Positions 24,601-35,835 of a stretch of DNA of 64,000 nt are shown here, piece by piece; positions within the stretch are counted from its first letter, which is position 1; every line of letters begins with the position of its first letter. The position numbers and the translations under genes are program-made. The notes below the pieces were generated by a model. It searched no databases, was not told the origin of the DNA, and saw only the letters and a list, made by a program, of their open reading frames with translations. This stretch comes from Bilabrum cf. latius (lineage: Eukaryota). The stretch spans positions 992,001 through 1,056,000 of the forward strand of contig OZ237738.1 in NCBI GenBank assembly GCA_965178125.1, written 5' to 3'.

Positions 24601-25158
24601 GGGCCGGAACCGGTCCAAGGGGTGCAACAAAGGCACTATCCACGAAAACATGGGCCTGAGGGTGTCTATTCCAAGCGCTGGAGCTGGCAGGTGCTACAAT
24701 TTGAGACCGGAGGGTTTCTGGACGGGCTGCGGAGGGAGCGGATCTTGGCCAAGAGGCTTATCACAAACAACCGATACCGTCAGATTCTTGCGAATTCCAT
24801 TGCACGGGTACACGGGGACCGCACTCGAAAGACCGTCCTTGTTCGAGCAGCTGCATGCCGGATCCCGTATCGCGTCGCATGAGCACTGCACCGAGCACTC
24901 TGCTGATCCCAAGCACAGGAGGCGCACCGGCGCGACCAGATCAACGGGACACTACTGCGTGATTACAGCATCTGGACACTTGGATCCCGGGCTAAATGCC
25001 CCGAACTAGGCATTTAGCACCCTTGATACGACCTGGCCCGATGGGCACTTCAAATCAGTCGTTTGCCCTTCGCTGACAAAGTCACAGAGAGAGGCTCCGG
25101 CAACAGCAGCATACGATACTAGAAGAAATATACACGCGAGACATACTCTAGCATCCAT
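21634..25158 (-). CDS. Secreted GH78 alpha-L-rhamnosidase-like glycosidase with N-terminal SUEL-type lectin-like domain
   Basis: Signal peptide; Cys-rich LKCPSGQVVSRVLNA(TAG)FG; LGIDTLRPMFSW; FDFG(TAG)EFSG; RFSFHGFRYVE; ERGGWTGDA; WGDH; TSLWESW; SRSHH. One frame with 6 TAGs. Ends at TGA. Confidence 0.88.
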
Positions 25159-25430
25159 GCTAGATGACCCTGGAGTTGCTCGGTTGCCGTTGACAGGTCC
25201 TGAATGTTGCGTGCCAATATCAAAACTCAGTCTGGACCCGTCGCGGACACTTCCATCGAGAACCGGTGCATTCTTGTGCATTTATTCGTTCCATTATCGG
25301 TGAGATTTGCAAGTTTGATCACAGATACGAAGAGAACTAGGTCAATATTGTGTTCGGTTACTCTATGTAGGAAAAATCTTTAAGAACGCTAGTGCAACTG
25401 CTTCTACGCAGGGGTTCTACTGCAGCCGAA

Positions 25431-28181
25431 ATGAGCGGGAAGACCAGCTATGTCGACAAACAGCTTGAAGACATCATGAAGAATCCCGCATAGGGTTTGG
25501 TCTACCGTGGCAAGGCCAAGAAGGTTCCGTCCACTCTGGTGAGCCGCAGACGAATTGCCGCTGAGACGCAATCCCGCCGGCATGCCACATGGAAGCCCAT
25601 GAAATCATCGCGAGCCAGCAGGCGAGAAGAGCGCAAGCGCAAAGCTGCCGCTCGGCGGCAGCGATGGATGCTCGAGGGTCTGCCACCTGGCGTGTCGGAG
25701 TCCACGGCGCAGTACATCCAGGGCATGCTCGGGGGTGCAAAGATTGGCTCCGTCGTGCCAGTATCTTCGCACAAAGCCATGGCAAAGCAACCGGCCTCCC
25801 CTGCGATGTCATCTGCAAGTTCAGGGCGGCTGGGAAGCACGGTATCCACCGCCTCCATCCGAGCGTCCAGCGCATCCTCTGCTGATGGCAGCGAAGCAGA
25901 CGCAGGCTCTGCCCTTGCAGACGGACTCGAGTTCATGAGCATCGGACGCTTGTCCATGCGGGACCAGTCCGGCTCGGTGTCTGATTTCAGCGGCCCCAGC
26001 GACACTGAGAGCGCCGGGAGCAGCTCTCCTGTAGCGATGGGGCACTCGCGGGGCCTAGTCGAAAACGAAGTCCCTGCCGGTGGTGTCTCTGCCGCTGCTG
26101 TTGCTTGTGCGACACCAACGAAAGAAGGCATGCGTGACCAAGCCGCTCCAGCGGCACAGCGCGTCCAAGAAGGTGCCCGGGCGCGGCACGCTGCGGCAAT
26201 TGCGAGCCGAGGCAGCCGCGTGCGCAAGAGCCGAGAGAGCGCCGACAAGAGCCGCCTCAGGCAGCAGGCCGAGAAAGAGGCGATGCAGGCCGAGATTGCC
26301 GATCTCCGGACTCAGCTGGCTGCGAGCAAGGCCACTTGTACCCAGCTCGAGATCAGGAACGGAGCCCTCGCGGGACACGTCCACACCCTATCGCAGCTGC
26401 TGCAGCGAGCGATCGGTAGCAGCGCGGCAGGCGGGGTGTACGGGCCTGGAACCACAGCTGCAGCTTTTCACGCGATGCAGGCCGCTGGCAGCAGCATCCA
26501 GTCGGAGTCTTCCTCTTGCGCTGGAGTGCCGGCCGCACCCGCGCCGGGCCAGAAGCGCCGGCGGGACTCGGAAGCCGGCAGAGTCGAGCTTGCGAACGAT
26601 ATTATGCTAGCAGCTGCAGCCCAAGGTAGGCCCACCTACCGTTCCATGGCAGGTTCTTCGAGCCAGCGTGCGATGGAAGATGGGTCAGACTGCGCTTTGT
26701 GCACGGCCCCGCTGCGGATCAGGGCACCCTCGGACAGCTCGCTGGCGAGCTCCCTGCCCCACCCCAGCGATGTCTTCGCAGCCGATGGCCAAGCCAAGCT
26801 AGAAACAGATGCAGCAGGCTGGTCTGTGCCCGGTAGTCCGTCCTCCTCCATCCTTGCTGCGGCCATGGTGTGCGCAGAGAGCAGCACCAGCTCCAGCTCC
26901 AGCCCCAGCAGTCGATTCTGCACGGGCCTGTCCCCGATCTCCGACCTGCCGCTTGCACACGGTGCTGCATCGCCTGCACCGTTCTGTGGCCGCGACGACT
27001 CCGCGAATAGCCCGGCACTGGGACGCACAGGATAGGAGTCGCCGTCCTGGATGCGATTTGGGAGGGACGAGGCATTCGGGCATGGGCACGGGGCAGGCTC
27101 CGAGGCAGGTAGGACGAGCACGATGCATCCATGGGAGCCCGCTTGGCTAGGCTCCAGGGGAGGCGATTGCACGGCGTCTTTTGAGCCGACCGAGGCTGGC
27201 GGGCAGCTGGGCTGCTCAAGTGCCTTTGCTGCTGGGCTCGATGGAACTGGGTCCGTGCCGGCAGGGTCACCGAGTGCAGCCATGTCACCTATTGGATCGG
27301 TTATGCAAGGTGTGGAGCAGGGGGGGCTGAATGAATACGTTAGGGGCGTTGGTGGGGATGAAGAGGACAACACCGTCGCGAAGTGGTCCGAAGTAGCGGG
27401 TGACGACGACGAAGCGCCACGCGCTCCCAAGCGACGCCGCATCGCTGGTGGAGTTGGAGTTGCATCGCACCACTTGGGACTGGTGCTGGCATGTGTGGCG
27501 TGCTGCTTGTCCGTGCTGCACGGCCCGCAGCAGATGGGGCACGTCTCTCTGGCAGTTGGGGCAGGCAGCGCCCCAGCTCAGGCCTTTCGACCCATTGCTC
27601 AAGGGGGCACCAGTGGGGGCCAGGGTCGCCCCGGTGCGGGTGACTTCCGGCTGCTCAGCGTCGAGGTCAATGCGGAGGCCGATGGTGCTGACATTGGGCC
27701 GCAGTTCGTGTCCGAGGCGGGCCTCCACTCCCGGCACCCGAGCCTTGTTGACCCATCGGGTGCCGGCGGGGCTCCCATGGTGGAGTGGCAGTGGCAGGGG
27801 CTCATGCAGGCCCACGGCCTGACTTGGAGCTTTCACCCAGTGGCCGCTGTGGAGCGGATCGTCGGCAATTCCCTCGTTGGGGATGGTGCCGTCGGACAAA
27901 CCTGGGGGCAGCATGCCTCCGGTGGAGAGTCTTCGGCCGAGACGTGGTACGTGGTTCGGTTGGCTGCAGCGGTGATGGCCGTGCTAGTCTGCTTTGGAGA
28001 GGTGTGTGAGGGAGCGTGCAAGGATGCGTGTAGGGGTGCTATAGGTGCGTGGGGCTTGGCGCGTCGTGCGTGCGGGTTCTGCCAAGGAGCCTGCATGGAG
28101 CTGTGCGGCTGCCAGGGCGAGCACAGCTCGGCCGCCAGCCCATCGCGCGGGGCGAGGAGGAGACGCTTGCCGAGCTTTTGA
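25431..28181 (+). CDS. bZIP transcription factor with C-terminal hydrophobic (putative transmembrane) segments
   Basis: Basic region RVRKSRESADKSRLRQ plus a Leu heptad zipper (~26215-26400). Hydrophobic stretches LGLVLACVACCLSVL and WYVVRLAAAVMAVLVCF. TAG at 25491 and 27033. Ends at TGA. Confidence 0.7.
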
Positions 28182-28415
28182 GTATGCACTGGTCACAGAA
28201 ATTAGTTTCAACAGTCACGCAGAACCATATTGCAACGCGACCAAGCAATGATAGCGAAGCCGGAACCGGCGCCGGCGTGATGAGGTGTCCTGTCGGGTGG
28301 GTCTGGTGAGTTGCCCACTTGGCGAACGATGGACCGCAATGATACGCAGGGGCAGGCGATCGCGCGCGAGACAGGTGACTAGCCTCCTCAACGTATTCCA
28401 TTCTCTCCCGAATAC

Positions 28416-30401
28416 ATGTACGATGCAGAGAGTGAGAACTTTGCAGCGTACGTTGGAGTGATGCAGACTGTTTCGCAAAGCGGAACACGCTGGCACCGTC
28501 GACCGTTCGCCCTTCCTTGCTCGCTTGCAGGTATCGTGTATGCGTGGTTGACAATGTTTGCGCTTCGCATGGTGTACGCTAACTCGCGGTCCATGCTGGC
28601 ATACGTTGCCCCGCTCCGAACCGCCCTATTGAAGGAGAGACAGATTCGCGCAATGGGGACCTACATAGCGGAGATTGCGACCACAACGGTATCTTTGATA
28701 TCATGCATGTCTGTAGGAAGTGGAATATACTTCAATTGGGAGCTACAGGTCTTCACAATGACGGAAACGCAGTAAGTAGCGCATAACGCTAACCCGAGGC
28801 TCAAACCTTGCTAATGCATGACGCACAGTACTTCTCCTCTATTCAGAGTAGTGCAGGAGATATACACTTGTACTCAACTATGTGTTCTTGATGTCAATGT
28901 ATGCCAGCGAGATTCTGTATCGACCAACCATGGTAAGTTGCAGCTGATTCGGTCCGGTCCACCTTCGGCTGTTCGCCCTCCCGCAGTGCTTCATGAGACT
29001 ATCGGTCATCCCTTGTCTTCCATGCAGCCCATCCAACTCCAAGTACACCACTATGCATCGATAGCGATCGCCATATTGCACGGGATTGCGTTCCAGAAGA
29101 CGTTGCACGGCATGCACTTCCGATTAATGGCGTACGCCGTCCTGTTTATGATTACCGAGCAGTCTGCATTTGTTGCTCTGATTTACTTTAGAATGCGATG
29201 GACCGGGTCCAGGTTTTGGTTCAGGTTTGCGGCCGTCTAGACTGCCGTCACGAAGGTGGCAATCACGGCTGTCCTGATTGCCCAGTACACAATCCACTTC
29301 AACGATGAGATGCCAGCGGAATCGGTTGGGCGCGCCAGAAGCGACCAGGAAATGGTTGAGGCTGCGTAGGATTGGGCCAGAACGTTCCGAATTATGTACC
29401 CAATCGTGCTGACCTTGCTTGTCGCAGCCCAGGCATCCGGCACCTGGATCATGTGGCAGCTTTCCCTTCGCTCCGACGTGGCCAAGACCGATTAGCAGAT
29501 CGAGTTGCAAGTGCGGCTGCTCGAAAGGATGAAGGAAATAGAAGAGAGGGAGGCAAAGTCACTGGGGGGTGGGCAGGATGCCAGGACCATGATCGCTGCG
29601 CCGGTCACGCCGAGCATCGTGGAGGACGAGCAAGGCGTGGTCGCAGGTCCCAACGGCACTGATGGCCTCCGGTCGCACGACGCGCCGTGGAGGAAATTCG
29701 AGCCGAGCCAGCTGAGCATCATCCCTCACAACAAGAGGCATTTCTCCGTTGCGTCCCCCAGAGCACTCCGCCCCGCGGGCTCCATGGGCCAGATTGAGGT
29801 GGCCACGGGCACGGGAACTTCTTCCTCGTTTGGCGATGCAGCGGCGGGCACTCCGCGTGGCAACGGGAGCAGCAGGAGATGTAGGCAACCGGGCGGCGCC
29901 CCAGTGGGCCCCTCAAGCACCAGAATAGGCAGGGAACACAAGAGCACGGCGAGCATGGACACTGGCCTGAAGCGGTTCCGGTTTCAAGGGGAGAGCATGG
30001 AGCAGGTGCTCGGCGCTCAGGCTGCTGACACTAGCGGCACGGCTGCATCAGGGAGCGCAACGGGGGACAGCGCATATCGGGAGGCTGCCTCGTTTCGTGC
30101 ACCGCGAAAGAAGGGAGCAGAGGGCGGCGGGCGGCCAGCCAAGGGAGGCAGCAGCCGCAATGGAACAGGTGCCTCGCACCGCGGCGGCGGAGCGAGTACT
30201 TCCGGGCGCAAACCGTTCGAAGGATCAACACGGGGTGCGGCTGGCGGGCCAAGCGTGCCAGGTATGTTGCAATTAGGCCCCACGCGGAAGCAGTCAGAGG
30301 CAGGGGTCCCAACGACGGTAGGAGCAGGGGTGATCCCAGCGAACGGCTCGAATTCGAGCACGTGGAGCCATGCAGGGCTGCTGCGGGGGGGCCATCCGTG
30401 A
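28416..30401 (+). CDS. Multi-pass membrane protein (TLC-domain-like) with low-complexity tail
   Basis: Several hydrophobic helices, LQVHHYASIAI and TEQSAFVALIYFR. Intron at 28772-28846 and possibly 28933-28986. TAG at 29238, 29367 and 29493. The 5' structure is uncertain. Confidence 0.6.
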
Positions 30402-30588
30402 GTGTACTGCAGGTCGTGGCATGAACCTGCATAATGCAAATTCAAATCGATCGAATTTGAGCTGTACAGGTGCCTTACCAGATCCAAAGTTTGCACCGAC
30501 GAATCTGTATTTTCGTTCGGGTTGCGAGTACCTTCGTCCGAAAACTGGCAAAGTCATTCTTCACCTAGTTTCGTGTCAACATTGAGCA

Positions 30589-32985
30589 ATGTCATATCTT
30601 CCAGCAACAAGAAAGTCGAGACTACCAGGAGGATCATCTGGAGATGCTTACTTTGACGAGATATCTTCAAGGGTTCAGTCGCGGTTCCGTTCGCAACGGT
30701 CACCTGAAGTTTCCCCAGGAACGCAGCGTGCGTACAAGGCACGTGATGAAGTCGATGCACGGTTGGGACATATTGCATCTAGAGGTACTGTGGGAGGCAG
30801 GCAGTCTCGAACGGGGGAAAGGTACGGTTTGTCAAGGCAAGTCGACCCAGACACATACTTTGGCTTCGCTGCACAGCGTGGGCCCACCAGGTTGCCAGCC
30901 CCGCAAGACCCTAGCTACGGTGCAGGTAGAAGTGCACAGATGGGATCCGCCGGCAGCGGCCGCCGGTTGGGCGGGTTGGCGAGAACCGGGGCGTCAGCCT
31001 CGGGCAGCACCATGTCCCGCTCCACTGTCGGGTCTGCTCGACCGAAATCCCGAGCGTCCGAAGTATCTTCTCAGAAGACTGGCACTGACCACGATTTCTA
31101 TGGATTAGAAACCGGATCTGGCCTGCCTGACTCCGGGCGCCGCGGAAGCGGGCTCCTCCGTGGAGCCGGCGAAAGGCAGCTATTGGGAACTTCCGCCGCG
31201 GCAGTGGCTGCAGCAGCCGCGACAAAGGCAACTAGTGGTGGAGAAGCCACGTACAGGTATGGGAGGAGGGTCCGCGGAGAGCCTTCCTCCGCCTCATCGA
31301 GCGTGGCGGCCGCAGCGGTCCGTGGCGGTGTCGGTATGGGTTAGGGTGCCAGCCACGCGCGGGCCGGGGCGTACGCACACCCCAGCGCATCGTATTCCAA
31401 CTCTAGCTCCACGCTCGACGGATCGTACGGATCCAGCTCCAGGAGACGCACTGCAATGGAGCCCACTGCACCCGGCCACAGCGGGGCCACAGCAGGCGGG
31501 CGAGAGAGGGGCCCCGGGTCTGGGTCTGGGTCTGGGTCTAGGTCTGAGTCTGGCCGTGGTTCTGGCTCCGGGTCGCTCACCGGTGATCCAAGGTTGTAGA
31601 ACTTGTATGGTCGCTCTAGAACGGGCGCGTCTGTCCCGGCCATCGAAGCGGAGCCAGCGGGTGATTCCATGGGTGACGATGCGAGGCCGAGCAGAAGCAG
31701 GGGAGGGGGCGGGCGGGCCGGCCGGGGCACAGGCACGGGCACGGGTAGGGGGTCGGATGCGGGTACAGCTTCCAGGGCATCGAGCGCAGCACCTAGCGGT
31801 CGGGGTGGCGTGGTGGTGCCGATCGGGGCAAGGGTGGGCAGTCCTCGCGGGCTGGTGGGTCTTCAGAACGAGGGCAACACGTGCTTCCTCAACAGCGTGC
31901 TGCAGTGCCTCAGCAACGTCCCCGAGCTGACGGGCATGTTCCTGGCAGGGTCCCCCAAGGTCAACCCGGGGTCTGAAACTCGGGGCAGGCTTGCCATGGC
32001 CTACGGCGACCTGATCCGATCCATGTGGTCAGAGTCGTCTGCGCGGCACCCCATGGCCACATGCCAGCGGCCCTCCGCCGTCAAGAGCGTGGTGGGGCGG
32101 GTGGCTCGCAGGTTTCTAGGGTACGAGCAGCAGGACGCGCACGAGTTTCTGCGGTTCTGCTTGGAGACGCTCAACCAGGACCTGAGGCGAGGCAGGGGCA
32201 AGCCTCCCTTCCGCGAGATGAAGGACCCAGCTGACGCCGCCGACTCCAAGGTGGCCAATGCGTGGTGGGCCTACGACGAGGAGAGGGAGGGCTCCCCTAT
32301 TCGGGACATATTCGCGGGGCAACTCAGGGGCGCGGTGGAGTGCCAGAGGTGCGGGTACCTGTCGCGGTCCTTCGATGCCGTGTGGGACCTGCAGCTGCCC
32401 ATCCCCCGCAAGGCGCAGAAATCGGGGGGCGGGGGCCTGTTCGGGTTCGGGTCTCGGTCCTCGGGGGGCAAGGGCTGTTCCCTGTCGGACTGTCTGGACG
32501 AGTACACTGGAGAGGAGAGGATGCGGGGGGAGGGCACGTGGCGGTGCGCCAAGTGTAAGGCGAGCGACAGCGTCAGGAGGACACAGCTGTGGAGGCTGCC
32601 CACCGTGCTGGTGCTGCAGTTCAAGCGCTTCACGTTCTCCACGTTCCGGAGGTCCAAGGTGAGCACGTCGGTGGCGCTGCCCGGCAAGGCACTAGACCTG
32701 GGGCCGTATTTGGCGAGGGGAGCTCCCGGGGCGGGGCCTGGGCGCAGGCCCGTGTACGAGCTCGTGGGGGCCTCCAACCACTCGGGCAGCATCCACGGGG
32801 GACACTACACCGCGGACTGTAGGAACCACGACGATGGGAGGTGGTATCGCTTCAACGACTCCCACGTGTCGTCCTCCAACGGGGTCAGTGGCAGCGCCGC
32901 CTACATTGCGTTCTATCGGCTCGCTGACGCGGATGGGGCCGCTTCAGGGCGTTCTGGCGGCAAATCGTCGGGGGCGCGACTGTGA
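30589..32985 (+). CDS. Ubiquitin-specific protease (peptidase C19, USP2/USP21-like)
   Basis: Cys box GLQNEGNTCFLNSVLQCL, QQDAHEFL, His box SNHSGSIHGGHYTA, WYRFNDS. The disordered N-terminus is joined through TAGs at 31342 and 31597. Confidence 0.92.
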
Positions 32986-33073
32986 TTGAGTGAACAGGTG
33001 CCCATGAATACTATTTCGGCGTAAGGAATTCCCATCATGCAACGTTGAGCAGTCTTGACGCGGTACACTCCAA

Positions 33074-33415
33074 TCACTTTCGCTGCTCAGCCAATTGCTG
33101 CTCCAGAGCAGATACACGCTTCCTTAGCTCCCTGTTCGAATCTACCACATCGGCATGCAAAGCTTTGAGCACCTTCTGAGTCTGCACGGTTGAATCCCAC
33201 ACTTCTTCCCGCAAGTAGTAGGCTCCAACAGCTCCCCCGAGAGCCATGCCAACCAAAAAGGCCCCCATTCGACCGAACACCGTTGACCCGCCGCGTTGAA
33301 CCACAACTGGAGCTGGCTTGGGAGCAGCAGCAGAAGCCTAGGTTGAACTCGTGGCCGAAGTAACTGAACCACTGCTGGAATCCTTCTGTACAGCCGGAGC
33401 TGTCTCGGTCGCCAT
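33074..33415 (-). CDS. Small single-pass membrane protein with C-terminal coiled coil
   Basis: TM segment RMGAFLVGMALGGAVGAYYL followed by a heptad tail. ATG 33415 is reached through one TAG. Ends at TGA. Confidence 0.65.
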
Positions 33416-33705
33416 AGGCCTGATCGCAAGGCGACGGAACTTCTATGCAGAGCGACCCACCGACGCCACAGATCGACGGATAGATGATCTCATGCTCTGG
33501 TGCAACTGCTATGTACTTTACTGAGTCAAACGCAGCGCAGGATGCCAAAATATCGCCCAAGCACCGAGGTGTGATTATACCACATTATGCACGTTACCAT
33601 CGGATTCAGATCCGGAGCTGGAATCTCGAGAGAAACAATAAAGACATGCTCGCCTCCACAGCAGCACACTGAAGCATTGTAAGTTGTTTAGATAATACAT
33701 TTCGA

Positions 33706-35637
33706 ATGGGTGCTTCGCGCTCGCTGGTTTCGTTTGAAGAGGACTACGCGATACGATCGCTGCAAGCATTGCCGTCTACAACACTGGAGTGGCTGTGCAA
33801 TGCGCCTCTAACTGACGAGGCCGCCAGCCCGTTGCTCTTTCAGCAAAACATACGTATGGTTGCTCGGGGCCAACACTGCGATGCCTTGGTCGGGCAACAC
33901 TTCACTACAAGGCGGTCGTACTTCTTGAGGCGCTACTCCAAACGGCGAATCTACGACAAAAAGCTGCACGGTTGGCTGCAGACGAAAATAAATAGATAGC
34001 AAGACTCCAATTGTCTGTGGGGATGGGCCGAGATGCCGTTTCTGAACATCCTTCAGTCGCAAACTCACGTGTACTTGCTGTCACAGCCGTTGGTTGGCTC
34101 GACCTTGAAGAGCATTTAGTACATGCAACGGCCCCAGCAGCGGATACCCGAGCGTTCTGCCAAATTTTACGCAGCAGAAATGCTGGCATGCCTGTACACC
34201 ATACACAAGGCGTGTGGTCTGCTGGTGCTGGACGTCCGGCCGGGCAACTTCGGCGTCGACAGCAGAGGGCACGTTCGAATCCTGGACCTATCGAACGCTG
34301 TGCAGACATCGTGGGACGAGCCTGCGATGAGACTGGCACCGGTTGAAAGACCATCACTACATCATTCGAGCATCGCTATCGACATTGCCCCTCCCGAGCT
34401 CTTCGTGCAGCCGGATCGAGCATCGGTTGATCTGTCGAGCAGAGCGCTGCCTTCGACGCCTTGGCTCACTGAGGCAGCGGACTGGTGGGCGTTCGGGGCT
34501 GCCCTATTCTGCATGGTCTGCGGGTATCCGCCTTTCTAGTCCACGAAGCATGAGTCCACGGAGACTGTCCTCGCCAATATATTGGAGGGCTGCAGGGTGC
34601 GGATGCCACCAGACGTGTCGCCAGCGTTCAGGAGCCTCATCATCGACTTGCTGCGGCAAGAACCGTCCCGAAGGCTCAATATAAAAGAAATCATGCTGCA
34701 AGAATGGTTTCATGGTGTGCCATGGAGGGAAATTTTTCAGAGGAAAGCGGTGCCGCCATTCGTACCCCAAATAGTTTCACAGTCCCAGGTTGCCAAGTAT
34801 TTCCCCCGGCACGTGGAGCCTCATCCTCCGCCAAAAGCAATGGACGCACATGGTAAAGCAGCCGCGTACTCCGACGCGAAACGCTTGAAGCTGCCTCGGC
34901 CATCGCCCCGGCTACCCTGGGACGGGACCGCCGGCACGGCAATGTCTGAGCCTGAGGGCCGGCCTGCTGGTCGCAAGCCCACGGTGGCTTGGGCCCAGCC
35001 AGGGTTCGGCGGTGGAACGAGCAGCGCGACACAGAGCTCAACAAAAGACTCGCAACCATCAGCAGGCAGCAAGGCGACTGCGTGGTGGCAGCAGGACGAG
35101 CACGAGGGCAAGGGCCCCATGCCCCCATGGCTGGTCAGCGTCGCATCGCGGGCAGGAAGTACGGAGACTTTCGGCAGCACAAAGTGGGCTGCTTCAAGTG
35201 CTACAGAATTAGGATTCAACAAGCAAGCGAAGAAAACAAGGTAGGCGGGCGCAGCATGGTCTGTTCCAGAGCCAGAGCCCGTGGCGGCCGGCCAGCAGAT
35301 TGTACAGAACCGCCGAAGGCGACGACGAGCATCGTTGGAGAGCAGGCGACAGCGAGCAAGCATAGTATCTTCGGGAGCCACCAAACCGAATAGGGTCCCT
35401 GGGATGGTTGGCTCGTCTGTTGATGGGCACCATCGGGACGAGGAGGCCAAGCGAAGGGCAGAGAGCAAGCGGCAGAGGGCGCGGGCCATCGCGATGGGAG
35501 AGGCACTTGGCGAGCTGCAGTCTAGAGGTCCATCCGGAGCTAGTCAATAGACTCCGGATGTTCGCAGCGACCAAGTCCTGTTTGGCAGTTCGGCAGCTCG
35601 CGCGGGGCCCGGCATGGCATAGGGAGGTGGGCAATGA
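33706..35637 (+). CDS. AGC-type protein kinase-like protein, probably a pseudokinase
   Basis: Motifs AKFYAAEML, GHVRILDLS, APPELF, ADWWAFGAALFCMVCGYPPF, LLRQEPSRRL, WFHGVPW, PPFVP. TAG at 33997, 34117, 34537, 35242, 35548 and 35620. Ends at TGA. Confidence 0.8.
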
Positions 35638-35835
35638 TCCAGATGACCTTTCGCAGCGGTGCTAGACTGGGTGCTGCATTGCAGCAAGCTCAGAGGATGG
35701 GTCTACCTACCTAGCATTCGGAAATGCTCAGAATTTGAACCAGAGCGAACCTTTCATGACTTGGTGTGACTCGGCTGTTCAATATCAACTCGTATGGGCC
35801 TGGATACATCCACGGGCAGCTCTGGCCCGAGAGAC

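Noticed and set aside
31515-31572. (GGGTCT)n, (GCA)n and (GAG)n microsatellite-like runs
   Set aside because: They are in-frame codon repeats encoding Gly-Ser, Ser/Ala or Glu tracts inside proteins, not telomeric or independent repeats.
33087-33560. 157-aa Cys-rich minus-strand ORF
   Set aside because: It overlaps, in another frame, the better-supported small membrane protein at 33074-33415.
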